In this document: in pieces, positions 31,177-40,379 of the stretch | Layout of the letters: each line of letters opens with the position of its first letter | Position numbering within the stretch: the stretch's first letter is position 1 | Assembly: GCA_965658225.1 (NCBI GenBank) | Contig: CBFHRK010000001.1 | Coordinates: 2,335 to 66,334, forward strand | Direction of reading: 5' to 3' | Source: Flavobacteriales bacterium | Lineage (GTDB): Bacteria > Bacteroidota > Bacteroidia > Flavobacteriales > ECT2AJA-044 | Length of the DNA stretch: 64,000 nucleotides | Notes under the pieces: generated by a model | Databases searched by the model: none | Told to the model about the DNA's origin: nothing | Seen by the model: only the letters and a program-made list of their open reading frames with translations | Translations under genes and position numbers: made by a program

Positions 31177-32265
31177 ATGAAGTATATATCTACCCTCTTT
31201 TTTATGGTCCTGTTCTCGGCTTCGTACGGCCAATTTTTGAACAGCATAACCCCCGATGCTAATCCATTTGAATGTCAGAACTTTACGATCATCGTTACTG
31301 GTGATTTACCGGCGTCTAATTATACGGTTGTAAGTCAAAATGCCACCGTTTCCGGGTCAAACCTTACGGTAAGACTCAACTTCGATGCACCTGGTTTTGG
31401 GTCTCCCACGATAACGCCATTTAGTTATGTCGCTACCGTACCGGCGAACACTGTTTCTTCGAGCGGCCCTTACACTTTGATTGTTGAAGCGTTCTTTACG
31501 GTGACCGGTCAAGTGACAAGTTCGCTCAATCAACCCATCACTATCGGCTCTTGCTGTGGTGCTGTTGCTGGGTTGGTTGCTGATAAGAACCAGTACTGTT
31601 GGGACGAGACAGTTATGATAACGGACTCATCGGCTGGGGCTACTTCAATTGATTGGTATGTAAATAATGTATTCGACCATTCAGGAGCTGGTGACTTCAC
31701 CCTTAGTGGCCTTACCGGAGCAAATACTATTAAGCAAGTTGTTTCGGACGGATCGTGCAGCGATTCAAGTGAGGTCACTGTGAATGTATCTTCTGTGCCT
31801 AACGCCGGATTCACGGTAATTCAAGCGGGAAGCCAATTCACTTTTACTGCCACAGGAGGAACAGCATTTATCTATACCTGGGATTTTGGTGATGGCAATA
31901 CCGATCAAGGAGTACTTGTTTCACACACTTATGGAGCTGACGGAAACTATAACGTTTGTTTGTCCTCGGCGAATAGCAATATGTGCGTAGCGGATTCTTG
32001 TACCACGGTAACCTTCTCTTCGATTGGATTAGAGGAGAGCTCAAAAACCATTCGCATTTATCCGAATCCGGCCAGTAATATCGTACAAATTGAAGGGGTA
32101 GCCACCACTGACATTCAATGGTACAACGAACTTGGTCAAAAAATCGAGTTACGCGAAGAAACTTCTTCGCACGATTATATTCACGTGTATGATGTTTCCG
32201 GCCTACCGGCCGGATTGTATTACATTCAGTGGGCCGACAAAGCAGAAAAGATCATCATTCAATGA
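31177..32265 (+). CDS. T9SS-secreted PKD-domain protein, paralog 2 of 3
   Basis: Same architecture as paralog 1. Start moved to the ATG at 31177. Confidence 0.9.
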   Translation: MKYISTLFFMVLFSASYGQFLNSITPDANPFECQNFTIIVTGDLPASNYTVVSQNATVSGSNLTVRLNFDAPGFGSPTITPFSYVATVPANTVSSSGPYTLIVEAFFTVTGQVTSSLNQPITIGSCCGAVAGLVADKNQYCWDETVMITDSSAGATSIDWYVNNVFDHSGAGDFTLSGLTGANTIKQVVSDGSCSDSSEVTVNVSSVPNAGFTVIQAGSQFTFTATGGTAFIYTWDFGDGNTDQGVLVSHTYGADGNYNVCLSSANSNMCVADSCTTVTFSSIGLEESSKTIRIYPNPASNIVQIEGVATTDIQWYNELGQKIELREETSSHDYIHVYDVSGLPAGLYYIQWADKAEKIIIQ

Positions 32266-33353
32266 TGAAGCGATTATTACTTGCCTCAGCACTACTCCTC
32301 ACCTCTTTTATTCAGGCGCAGTCTATTCTTGGTGTTACCTACACTCCTAACGCTCCGCTCGAGTGTCAAGATTGGACCGTAGATGTGAATGGGGAGTTAC
32401 CTGCCTTGGGCTGGGCGATCATAAACGATACGAGCTATATCACTGGAACTACCATTTTTTTGGATCTCTATTTTGATCAAGTAAACCCGGGTGCTCCGAT
32501 CATTTGGGCCTACAACCATTTGTATACATTTTCACCCGGGTCTGTTCCTGCCGGCAGTTATACGCTTACCGTTCGGAAGATTTCTCCCTTCCAAGGACAA
32601 ATTACCGCGACCAACTCACAAGCTGTAGTACTCGGCCAGTGCTGCCCTGCATCTTCTGATTTTAGTGTGAATACCGCTACCTTGTGCTGGAACGATACCG
32701 TTTTTGTTACCGACCTATCGGCCGGAACCACCAACGTCGACTGGTATGTCAATAATACATTTGATCATGCGGGTACGGGCGATTTCTACCTGACTGGACT
32801 CACAGGAAATGTGACCATCAAGCAAGTAGCAATTGATCCTGGATGTTCTGATTCAACGGAGGTAAGTGTAACTGTAAACCCGAAACCGAGCAATGGTTTT
32901 AACGTGATTCAATCGGGAACACAATATACCTTTACCGCCACGGGAAGTAGCGCTTTTAGTTACGATTGGGATTTCGGGGACGGGACTACTGACTCCGGCC
33001 CTTTGGTTTCACATACTTATGCCGCGGACGGATTGTATAACGCATGCCTCACATCTTCTGATATGAATACATGCTCAGCCGATTCCTGCACAACCATCAA
33101 TTTCTCGACGATCGGACTAGAAGAAAACACTGAATCGATCCGTATTTATCCAAATCCAGCCAATAACCTCGTGCAAATAGAAGGTGTTTCTACCACCGAT
33201 ATTGCTTGGTTTAACGAACTCGGACAAAGAATTGATTTGCTCGAAGAGGCTTCCTCACACGATTTCATTCACGTGTACGACGTTTCCGCCCTACCGGCCG
33301 GAATCTATTACATTCAGTGGGGCGATCAAGCGGAAAAGATCGTTATTCAGTAG
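32262..33353 (+). CDS. T9SS-secreted PKD-domain protein, paralog 3 of 3
   Basis: Same architecture. ATGA overlap with paralog 2 supports a start at 32262. Confidence 0.9.
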   Translation: MMKRLLLASALLLTSFIQAQSILGVTYTPNAPLECQDWTVDVNGELPALGWAIINDTSYITGTTIFLDLYFDQVNPGAPIIWAYNHLYTFSPGSVPAGSYTLTVRKISPFQGQITATNSQAVVLGQCCPASSDFSVNTATLCWNDTVFVTDLSAGTTNVDWYVNNTFDHAGTGDFYLTGLTGNVTIKQVAIDPGCSDSTEVSVTVNPKPSNGFNVIQSGTQYTFTATGSSAFSYDWDFGDGTTDSGPLVSHTYAADGLYNACLTSSDMNTCSADSCTTINFSTIGLEENTESIRIYPNPANNLVQIEGVSTTDIAWFNELGQRIDLLEEASSHDFIHVYDVSALPAGIYYIQWGDQAEKIVIQ

Positions 33354-33354
33354 T

Positions 33355-34410
33355 CTATCGGTATAATTGCTGCCGATTCAGCCAACTTCGATAACGCGCT
33401 GCATTTCTGTTATGACCGCTGAGCGTTGACGCAAATTCGTGGTACCCCGATCGATCTACGCTGGCGCACATGTACATATAGTTGTGCTGCTCGTAATTGA
33501 GCACGGCCTCCAAAGCGCGAATGCTTGGAGCCGCAATGGGTCCCGGAGGTAACCCGGCGTACAAGTAGGTGTTGTAGGGAGAATCATAGCTCAAATCTTT
33601 GGTTAAGACGCGTCGAATAACCGTATCCGGATTCACTTGTTTCAATGCGTAAATTACGGTCGGGTCCGATTGCAATTTCCAACCGCGCTTGAGTCGATTG
33701 ATGTACAATCCGGCCACCGTTTTCTGCTCATTCGGCTGAACCGTTTCTCGTTCAACGATGGAAGCCAGGGTGCTTACATCATTCGGCGACATCCCCATAG
33801 CTTCGGCTGCAGTCCTTCGATCCACATCCCAAAACTTGTCGTATTCACGTACCATTCTATTTATGAAGTCTTCGGCATCCGTATTCCAATACATCTCATA
33901 CGTATTCGGAATAAAAACGCCAAGAACCTCCTCAAGCGAAAAACCCTTGCTCTTCAGGTAGATCGGATCTTCCAGTAAATCGACTAATTGGGCCGAATCT
34001 AACTCGAGCTGACCTGAAACTACTCCAGCCAATTCATGGATATGATCAATATTGTTAAAAGTGACCATTACGGGCGTTTGTCCGCCCGATCGCAACAGGT
34101 TTACCAGGTCGTTGTTCGACATCCCGCCGAAGAGGCGGTAGCGACCCGCCTTCACTTTGGTATTATACTTTTTTAGCTTCGCCACCCATCGGAAGCCCCT
34201 TTCTGAGTGAAGGATAGAATCGCGCAGCAATGCGGCAACCACGCTATCGAAAATGGCGTCGGAAGGTATGTATAAATCGTACTCGGCCTTCTCGGCCGGA
34301 ACAGCAGGTGACCAAATCCAAACGCATGTTTGAACAACCAAAACAGATATCAACAGCACTATGGATAGTACGATGATGCGCGTGCGTGTCTTAGTCTTGG
34401 CTCGACTCAT
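33355..34410 (-). CDS. mltG: Endolytic transglycosylase MltG (YceG)
   Basis: LASIVERE, LQSDPTV, SPYNTYLYAGLPPGPI and an N-terminal transmembrane segment. Confidence 0.97.
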   Translation of the reverse strand: MSRAKTKTRTRIIVLSIVLLISVLVVQTCVWIWSPAVPAEKAEYDLYIPSDAIFDSVVAALLRDSILHSERGFRWVAKLKKYNTKVKAGRYRLFGGMSNNDLVNLLRSGGQTPVMVTFNNIDHIHELAGVVSGQLELDSAQLVDLLEDPIYLKSKGFSLEEVLGVFIPNTYEMYWNTDAEDFINRMVREYDKFWDVDRRTAAEAMGMSPNDVSTLASIVERETVQPNEQKTVAGLYINRLKRGWKLQSDPTVIYALKQVNPDTVIRRVLTKDLSYDSPYNTYLYAGLPPGPIAAPSIRALEAVLNYEQHNYMYMCASVDRSGYHEFASTLSGHNRNAARYRSWLNRQQLYR

Positions 34411-36374
34411 GGAAAAATCGTTTCTAGTTTCGCTAAGGTTTCCTGTGCCTTCTTATGATTGGGATCTACTGACAACACGTGTGTTAAATCCGCTCTCGCA
34501 TCGGCCCAACGCTCTTCGTACAAGGCCAGCCCTGCCCTATTCATGCGCGCTGGCAGATAATCTGGATGATGAGAAACCGCCTCGTTATACAGTTTTTTAC
34601 CCTTAATCAAGTCTCCCTCTTGAATGTAAAAGAACCCTAGATTATTGAGATTTTCAGCATAATACGGGTACTCCGAATAAACGAACTCCATTTGTTTGAG
34701 CGCTTCGTCTCGACGCTTTAAACTAATGAGGTTACTCGCATATTTAATGCGGAATTCGAGCTCGAACGGAGCTAACTCAACAGCTCGTTCGTAAAACAAT
34801 ACAGCTCGCTCATCATTTTCGAGATCATCAAAGCTCTGGCCTATACGATAAGCCGTCCACGCGTCGTCATTGGTGTAATCCGTTTCGGTGAGCACTCCAA
34901 GTGTGTTTTCGATACCGCGCTCTTCGATTCGTTTTGTGAGTCCGACCGCGTCATTTTTTAAGAAATACCAGTTCACTTCTTCATACAAGGGATAATTCGC
35001 TTGTTCGATATACACTTCAGCCGAATCGAGAAACTGCACATCGCTAGTGAATTTTTCATATTGCTGCAGGTACCCACGAGCGAAAGTCCTCGGATCGGGG
35101 CTCGATGAGTTCACAGCATACAAGCCCGCGAATTTTCGGATCCGGTCCACCTCTTTATTCTCATTGGTGGGCACCCGAATTTTATGATCGTGAACGGTCA
35201 CGTGCGGAATATCTATACTGGTACTCGAGGGCATGTGACATTCGACGCAGTTGAAATCCGATTGCTCGAGTGCTTCAATTTGCTCCGTACAGCCCAAGGT
35301 TGGCGGCCCTGAATGGCAGTCGGAACAGGTGCTGTTAAACGTCTCTATTTGTGTCGCCGTAACCGATTTATGAGGGTTGTGGCACGAAATGCAATTGAAT
35401 GTCTTTTCGGCGTTAATGTAGCAATCGCTGAGCTTGAAACGATCTACATGAGAAGCCATAATGAACTCGTTGTCAGCGCCTTCATACCTTGGGAGAAAAA
35501 CCGTCATTACCGAATCGAGGCGCATTCCCGGTTTAAAATCGTACCAATCTTTGCCTGGTTTTAAAACGGCATTCCCCTGTAAGTGACAACGTTGGCAAAT
35601 TTCAAACTGTAGATTTCCTTCGAGCTTCGATGGGTTTACAATCGTATAATCGATGTACTTGCTTGTATCGACTATATTCCCTTGTGATTTTTCAATGACA
35701 TGTATTTGACCCGGTCCGTGGCAACGTTCGCAGGAAATACCGTCGGGAACTCCGTTGAACTTATTTCCTGAGCCCATCTCAAATTCGGGTAGGGAATTAT
35801 GGCAACTCATACATTCGAGTCCGATAGCTCGGCCAAACCGCGTGTTTTTTCCGTTTTCGAAACCGGGAGGGAAATCGAGTTTACCGTCTTGCGTATAATA
35901 GGTGAAGGGTGCCTGATGCAAGTAGCCGTTTCTATTGGTAAGATGCGAATTGGTGTGTTGTCCGGACCCAATGATGTAATCAACTGTCTCGATGCGCTTA
36001 TGCACCGTGTCGTTATTTTCGAGTCGGTACTCCATGATCATCATCTTCTCTCCTTTCCAGAAAGGCCGGTACCACAAGTCAAGGTATTCGTCGTACAGCT
36101 TTGAGTCGGGACCCAACTGTGAAGCGCTTTTTAAGGTCGATGTTACATCAAAGGACTTGCCCATGCCTGTTTGGATGTAGGTGTCGTAGATCTCTTGGTG
36201 ACAGGCTCTACAAACTTCTTTTCCGACATAGGCGACAGTATCGTTGAGATTCTGGTATTCATTTATTGACGTTTCATCTGCAGCGTCAGAAATACCCGTT
36301 TCTGCGCGGTTGCATCGGGCCGTGAGGCCCAAAACAAAAACGATTAAAAAGAATAATACACCTAACTTCTTCAT
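34407..36374 (-). CDS. Multiheme (7 CxxCH) cytochrome c with C-terminal TPR repeats, exported
   Basis: CRACH, CMSCH, CERCH, CQRCH, CISCH, CSDCH and CVECH, a TPR-like C-terminal third and an N-terminal signal peptide. Confidence 0.9.
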   Translation of the reverse strand: MKKLGVLFFLIVFVLGLTARCNRAETGISDAADETSINEYQNLNDTVAYVGKEVCRACHQEIYDTYIQTGMGKSFDVTSTLKSASQLGPDSKLYDEYLDLWYRPFWKGEKMMIMEYRLENNDTVHKRIETVDYIIGSGQHTNSHLTNRNGYLHQAPFTYYTQDGKLDFPPGFENGKNTRFGRAIGLECMSCHNSLPEFEMGSGNKFNGVPDGISCERCHGPGQIHVIEKSQGNIVDTSKYIDYTIVNPSKLEGNLQFEICQRCHLQGNAVLKPGKDWYDFKPGMRLDSVMTVFLPRYEGADNEFIMASHVDRFKLSDCYINAEKTFNCISCHNPHKSVTATQIETFNSTCSDCHSGPPTLGCTEQIEALEQSDFNCVECHMPSSTSIDIPHVTVHDHKIRVPTNENKEVDRIRKFAGLYAVNSSSPDPRTFARGYLQQYEKFTSDVQFLDSAEVYIEQANYPLYEEVNWYFLKNDAVGLTKRIEERGIENTLGVLTETDYTNDDAWTAYRIGQSFDDLENDERAVLFYERAVELAPFELEFRIKYASNLISLKRRDEALKQMEFVYSEYPYYAENLNNLGFFYIQEGDLIKGKKLYNEAVSHHPDYLPARMNRAGLALYEERWADARADLTHVLSVDPNHKKAQETLAKLETIFP

Positions 36375-36895
36375 TGAAACTTCTGAAGTAAGATTTCGTC
36401 GTGCCAGACCTTACCTTCGCGAATCCAGCGTTTTTTAATACCGACCTCTTCAAAGCCCGCTTGCACAAACAGCCTCAAACTCGCTTCGTTTGTTGCTAGT
36501 ATATTACAAAACACTTGTTCTAAATCGTATTGTTCAAACGCGTAGTCAATAGCCAGTTGGAGGGCCTCTTTGGCGTAACCGTTTCTGCGTTCTTCGATAT
36601 CGGCAATGCAAATACCAATACCGAGACGTTTGTTGAACGGGTCGAATTCAAAGAGATCGACATTCCCGATGGTTTTTTCAGGATCGAGGCAATCGATCAT
36701 GAGTCTCATTTGGCCGAATTCATAAAGGTCTTTATCGGCGTGATCGAGGTAATCTTGCAAAAGGTCGCTTGAAAAAGGTGCGCGCGTTTGAGTAATGAGC
36801 CATACGGCTGGGTCGTTTTCCCATTCGAATAGTAGGTTTAAATCCCTTTTTTCGGGCGCGCGCAGCTGTATTCGCTGTCCTTTCAGGTTTACCAT
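36371..36895 (-). CDS. GNAT acetyltransferase (RimJ/RimL/SpeG-like)
   Basis: LRAPE, IGNVDLFEFD, RRNGYAKEAL and NEASLRLF. Start moved to the ATG at 36895. Confidence 0.92.
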   Translation of the reverse strand: MVNLKGQRIQLRAPEKRDLNLLFEWENDPAVWLITQTRAPFSSDLLQDYLDHADKDLYEFGQMRLMIDCLDPEKTIGNVDLFEFDPFNKRLGIGICIADIEERRNGYAKEALQLAIDYAFEQYDLEQVFCNILATNEASLRLFVQAGFEEVGIKKRWIREGKVWHDEILLQKFQ

Positions 36896-37662
36896 TTCAC
36901 GGTTCCTTTGAAGGTTTCTTCGGCCGGACCAACAAGCTGGATGTTTGTGTAGCCATCCTCTACTTTTTTCCAATGCACTTGCACTTCTCCACCGGGGAAA
37001 CGGAGGGCAATTGGGCCTTCGGCCCGATTTTTCTGCTGTGCCCATACAAGGGCTGCCGCGGTGGCACCCGTACCGCATGAAAGCGTTTCGTCTTCTACGC
37101 CGCGTTCATAGGTACGTATTTCCAGGAAGTCGTTGTGGTCCACAACAAAATTTACGTTGATTCCATCCTGCCGATAGGCAGAACTGTAGCGTATACCGCG
37201 CCCCTCGCCCACTACATCGAACTCGTGCAATTGATCTACAAACCGGACCAAATGCGGAGAGCCCGTATCAAGTACATGATTTCCGTCGATGGTGGAAATG
37301 GACGAAACATCGTTCATATGCAGAGCTACTCCTTGCGGAACCAGTTCGGCATGATGAAGGCCATCGATGGCTCGGAATTCAGTTCGGCCCGAAATAAGGC
37401 CTAGTTCATGGGCGAATTTCACCGTGCAACGGCCGCCATTTCCGCACATAGAACCTTCGTGTCCGTCGGCATTGAAATAGACCATTTTGAAATCGGAACG
37501 CTCGTCATTTTGAAGGAGTATGAGTCCGTCCGCACCAATGCCAAAGCGACGATCGCAGAGATACGCTATTTGCTCGGCCTGCTCGGCCGGAAATTTTTGA
37601 TTGCGATCATCGATTAAAATGAAATCGTTTCCTGTACCCTGATATTTAGAGAATTCAATCAA
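36889..37662 (-). CDS. dapF: Diaminopimelate epimerase
   Basis: KYQGTGNDF, MCGNGGRC, TGSPH and ERGVEDETLSCGTG. Has a TTG start. Confidence 0.98.
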   Translation of the reverse strand: MIEFSKYQGTGNDFILIDDRNQKFPAEQAEQIAYLCDRRFGIGADGLILLQNDERSDFKMVYFNADGHEGSMCGNGGRCTVKFAHELGLISGRTEFRAIDGLHHAELVPQGVALHMNDVSSISTIDGNHVLDTGSPHLVRFVDQLHEFDVVGEGRGIRYSSAYRQDGINVNFVVDHNDFLEIRTYERGVEDETLSCGTGATAAALVWAQQKNRAEGPIALRFPGGEVQVHWKKVEDGYTNIQLVGPAEETFKGTVKW

Positions 37663-37828
37663 TATGCTCGCGCAATTATTCGTTGATGGCGAAAAGATAC
37701 GGAGAAATGCGATTTTATTCTCTTTGGAAAAACTCTTGATTAAGCTCGTTTGCCTTTATTCGACAAGAACGCCAACAGATTTATAAAGAGTTATTTATTT
37801 TTAAGCATAGCGTTCGAATTTGAATATG

Positions 37829-38174
37829 CTACTCCTTAACGATCCGCGTTCCTTTAAATCCCTGAATCGTAAGTGCCACCGCTGAATCTCCGTCTAGAAT
37901 AAAAGCGTATTCCTCGCCATCATCATCGGCAAAAAAAGATGTGTCCGATTCGGGTAATAAGTTAAACGTCTCTACATAGAAATCCGAACCAGATAAGAGT
38001 CTACCCGACCGCACCATCTTCAATAACTCCCAACACAATAGATGGGTGTACGCCATTATCAACGCGCGCCCGAATATTTTCTTTGACCTTCTCGGAAATC
38101 AAAGATTCTTTTACTTGGCCGAATAGGCTCAATCCAACAATAAAGGCAATCAGGGTAAAAAATGTGTTTTTCAT
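37829..38174 (-). pseudogene. Remnant of a secreted serine hydrolase (beta-lactamase family)-like gene: N-terminus joined out of frame to a C-terminal fragment
   Basis: 38174-38001 encodes MKNTFFTLIAFIVGLSLFGQVKESLISEKVKENIRARVDNGVHPSIVLGVIEDGAVG*. The +1 frame continues GRLLSGSDFYVETFNLLPESDTSFF...GTRIVKE* to 37829. Confidence 0.55.
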
Positions 38175-38376
38175 TATGGTTGGAATAATGTTTTATTATG
38201 AGGTCCTTTTAATTTAATTCCAGTTCGGGATTACCTGATTAGCTACGGTAATGCAGACTTACGGACTTACGGCCCGATAGGCGCAAAAACGGACGTTCAC
38301 ATCGGCCCGAAGGGCCATAGACCGCTAATATTGAGCAATGTTACAAGGTGTCGAATCTAAAGAAACCCGAAATGCT

Positions 38377-38484
38377 CTAATAGTAAAACAAAACGCCCAC
38401 TTGAAATATGGCCCAGCTAATCAAGAGATATGAAATGCGCGCTTTGACTACGTTGCGTCGCTGAAGATCCTTTAAAAAGCTCAT
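38377..38484 (-). pseudogene. Decayed 5' end of an 'ELKRRNV'-type membrane/TPR (adenylate-cyclase-associated) gene
   Basis: Encodes MSFLKDLQRRNVVKARISYLLISWAIFQVGVLFYY*, resembling the N-terminal motif MSFxxELKRRNVxKAxIxYxxxxWxxxQV, and stops after 35 codons. Confidence 0.55.
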
Positions 38485-38696
38485 TCTTGACCAAGATACA
38501 ACCAAAATAGTATCTACGCGAGAAATACATCAATAAGGTAAAGCTGTGGGAAACATATGTACATTCTGCAAGCGCGACGACAACGATCTTTTTTGCTCAC
38601 ATTCCGTAAATCGTTAAAATCGTGTTAAATTGGATATCAACCGCAACAATGAATCTCTTCATTTCGTTTTTTGATCGAATACAAACACAGAAACTC

Positions 38697-40184
38697 ATGA
38701 AAAAAATACTTGGAACTTTCGCTACCGGGCTCCTAGGTGGCGTCGTAGCACTCGGAAGCTATTCCTATTTTTTGGAAGCTCCCGCCAGCGAATCACAAAT
38801 GGTTTTACAAGCCTCCTCGCCTACTTATTTTGAATCGAATGAACCCAAAGTGAGTTTTACCCGCTCCGGAGTCCCCGCGTCCATAGGGAGTGTAGATTTT
38901 GTACCCGCTGCAGAAAAAACGCTTTCGTCCGTAGTTCATGTTGAGGCGCGCGGTGAACAAGAAATTGCCTATTCCTCGCCCTTAGAAGAATTCTTTTACG
39001 GCGGTGGACAAGGGCAGCGAAGATCGCTACCGAGTATGAGTTCAGGTAGCGGAGTTATTATCGCCGAAGACGGATACATAGTCACCAACAACCACGTCAT
39101 CGAAAATGCCGCTCAAATCCGTGTGACGCTTGATGATAACCGAGTATTTAAAGCCGATTTAGTGGGAACGGACCCCAATACGGACATCGCCCTTTTGAAA
39201 GTAGACGAGAAGGAGTTGCCTTACATAGGTTTTTCTAATTCCGACGAAGTACGGGTAGGTGAATGGGTACTTGCAGTTGGGAATCCGTTTAATTTGACCA
39301 GTACCGTAACCGCAGGTATTGTTTCGGCAAAAGGCAGAAGCATCAATATTATTCCGGAACGCTTTGCGATTGAGTCGTTCATTCAGACAGACGCCGCGGT
39401 AAATCCGGGGAATTCGGGCGGAGCCTTGGTAAATACGGACGGTGCGCTTATTGGGATTAACACGGCCATATCAACCCGAACAGGGTCTTTTGAAGGTTAT
39501 AGTTTTGCAGTCCCTTCGAATATGGTAAGTAAAGTTGTTAAAGACTTAATGGAGTACGGTACGGTTCAACGCGCTTTCATTGGAGTGAATATTCGCGACG
39601 TAAACGCTGAGCTCGCGAAAGAATACAAACTCGATCTAAATAATGGTGTGTTCGTAGGCGGCCTTTCCGAAGGCGGAGCGGCTGGAGAAGCGGGTATTGA
39701 AGTAGGCGATATTATTGTTGCGGTGAACGAGGTGCCTGTAGACCGCACCTCTGAATTACAAGAACAAATTGCCCGGTATCGCCCTGGCGACCGTGTAAAC
39801 GTTCGTGTAAATCGGGAAGGAAATGAAGAAACAATTAGTGTGGTGCTGCGCAATATGCAGGGGAACACCAATCTGGTGAACAAAGAAGAATTGTACACGA
39901 GTCGCTTTTTAGGGGCTGTCTTAGAAAAGCCCAGTACGGCTGAACTCAACCGTTTGGGAATTGAAAACGGAGTCATTGTTAAATCGCTCCAAGGCGGAAA
40001 ATTTCGATCGGAAGGAATCAAAGAGGGCTTTTTAATTACTGAGATTACGGTGGACAAAGAAACTTTTAAAATTGAAGAGCCCAAAGATGTATCCGCGGCT
40101 CTGTCGAATAAAAAAGATGTGGGAGTCTTCTTAAAAGGCGTCTACCCCGATGGTGATGTACGCTACTACGCCTTTGGCATGTAA
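38697..40184 (+). CDS. degP: DegP/HtrA (Do/DeqQ) serine protease with two PDZ domains
   Basis: GSGVII, TNNHV, DIALL, QTDAAVNPGNSGG and PDZ GVFVGG. Start moved to the ATG at 38697. Confidence 0.95.
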   Translation: MKKILGTFATGLLGGVVALGSYSYFLEAPASESQMVLQASSPTYFESNEPKVSFTRSGVPASIGSVDFVPAAEKTLSSVVHVEARGEQEIAYSSPLEEFFYGGGQGQRRSLPSMSSGSGVIIAEDGYIVTNNHVIENAAQIRVTLDDNRVFKADLVGTDPNTDIALLKVDEKELPYIGFSNSDEVRVGEWVLAVGNPFNLTSTVTAGIVSAKGRSINIIPERFAIESFIQTDAAVNPGNSGGALVNTDGALIGINTAISTRTGSFEGYSFAVPSNMVSKVVKDLMEYGTVQRAFIGVNIRDVNAELAKEYKLDLNNGVFVGGLSEGGAAGEAGIEVGDIIVAVNEVPVDRTSELQEQIARYRPGDRVNVRVNREGNEETISVVLRNMQGNTNLVNKEELYTSRFLGAVLEKPSTAELNRLGIENGVIVKSLQGGKFRSEGIKEGFLITEITVDKETFKIEEPKDVSAALSNKKDVGVFLKGVYPDGDVRYYAFGM

Positions 40185-40324
40185 AATCGGGCCGTGAGGC
40201 CCTGGAAAAGAAATGAAGAATTGGGTTTGGAATCCTACTTGGTCAGCTAAAGAAGCTCCTAGGTGGGATTCTTTTCTTAGTATCCGTTTTTAATTTTGGG
40301 GTTCCAAATCAGGGTAATAAAGGT

Positions 40325-40332
40325 TACTTTTG
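40325..40332 (+). promoter_or_regulatory. -7 promoter element for gap
   Basis: TACTTTTG about 47 nt upstream of the ATG at 40380. Confidence 0.55.
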
Positions 40333-40379
40333 CGACGTCATTCAACGCACTTTATTAACTACACAAAAGCAGAGGCGAA

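Noticed and set aside
30083-33353. Diversity-generating retroelement behind the paralog variation
   Set aside because: No reverse transcriptase is present, the differences are not adenine-specific, and the variable part is N-terminal in three complete genes.
37829-38062. Stand-alone 77-aa gene from the ORF track
   Set aside because: It has a weak TTG start, and its first 20 or so codons are the shifted frame of the better 38174 ORF. It is treated as a pseudogene fragment.
40213-40293. 26-aa Trp-rich ORF (MKNWVWNPTWSAKEAPRWDSFLSIRF) as an attenuator leader
   Set aside because: The downstream gene is gap, no attenuator stems are evident, and the gap promoter element lies downstream of it.
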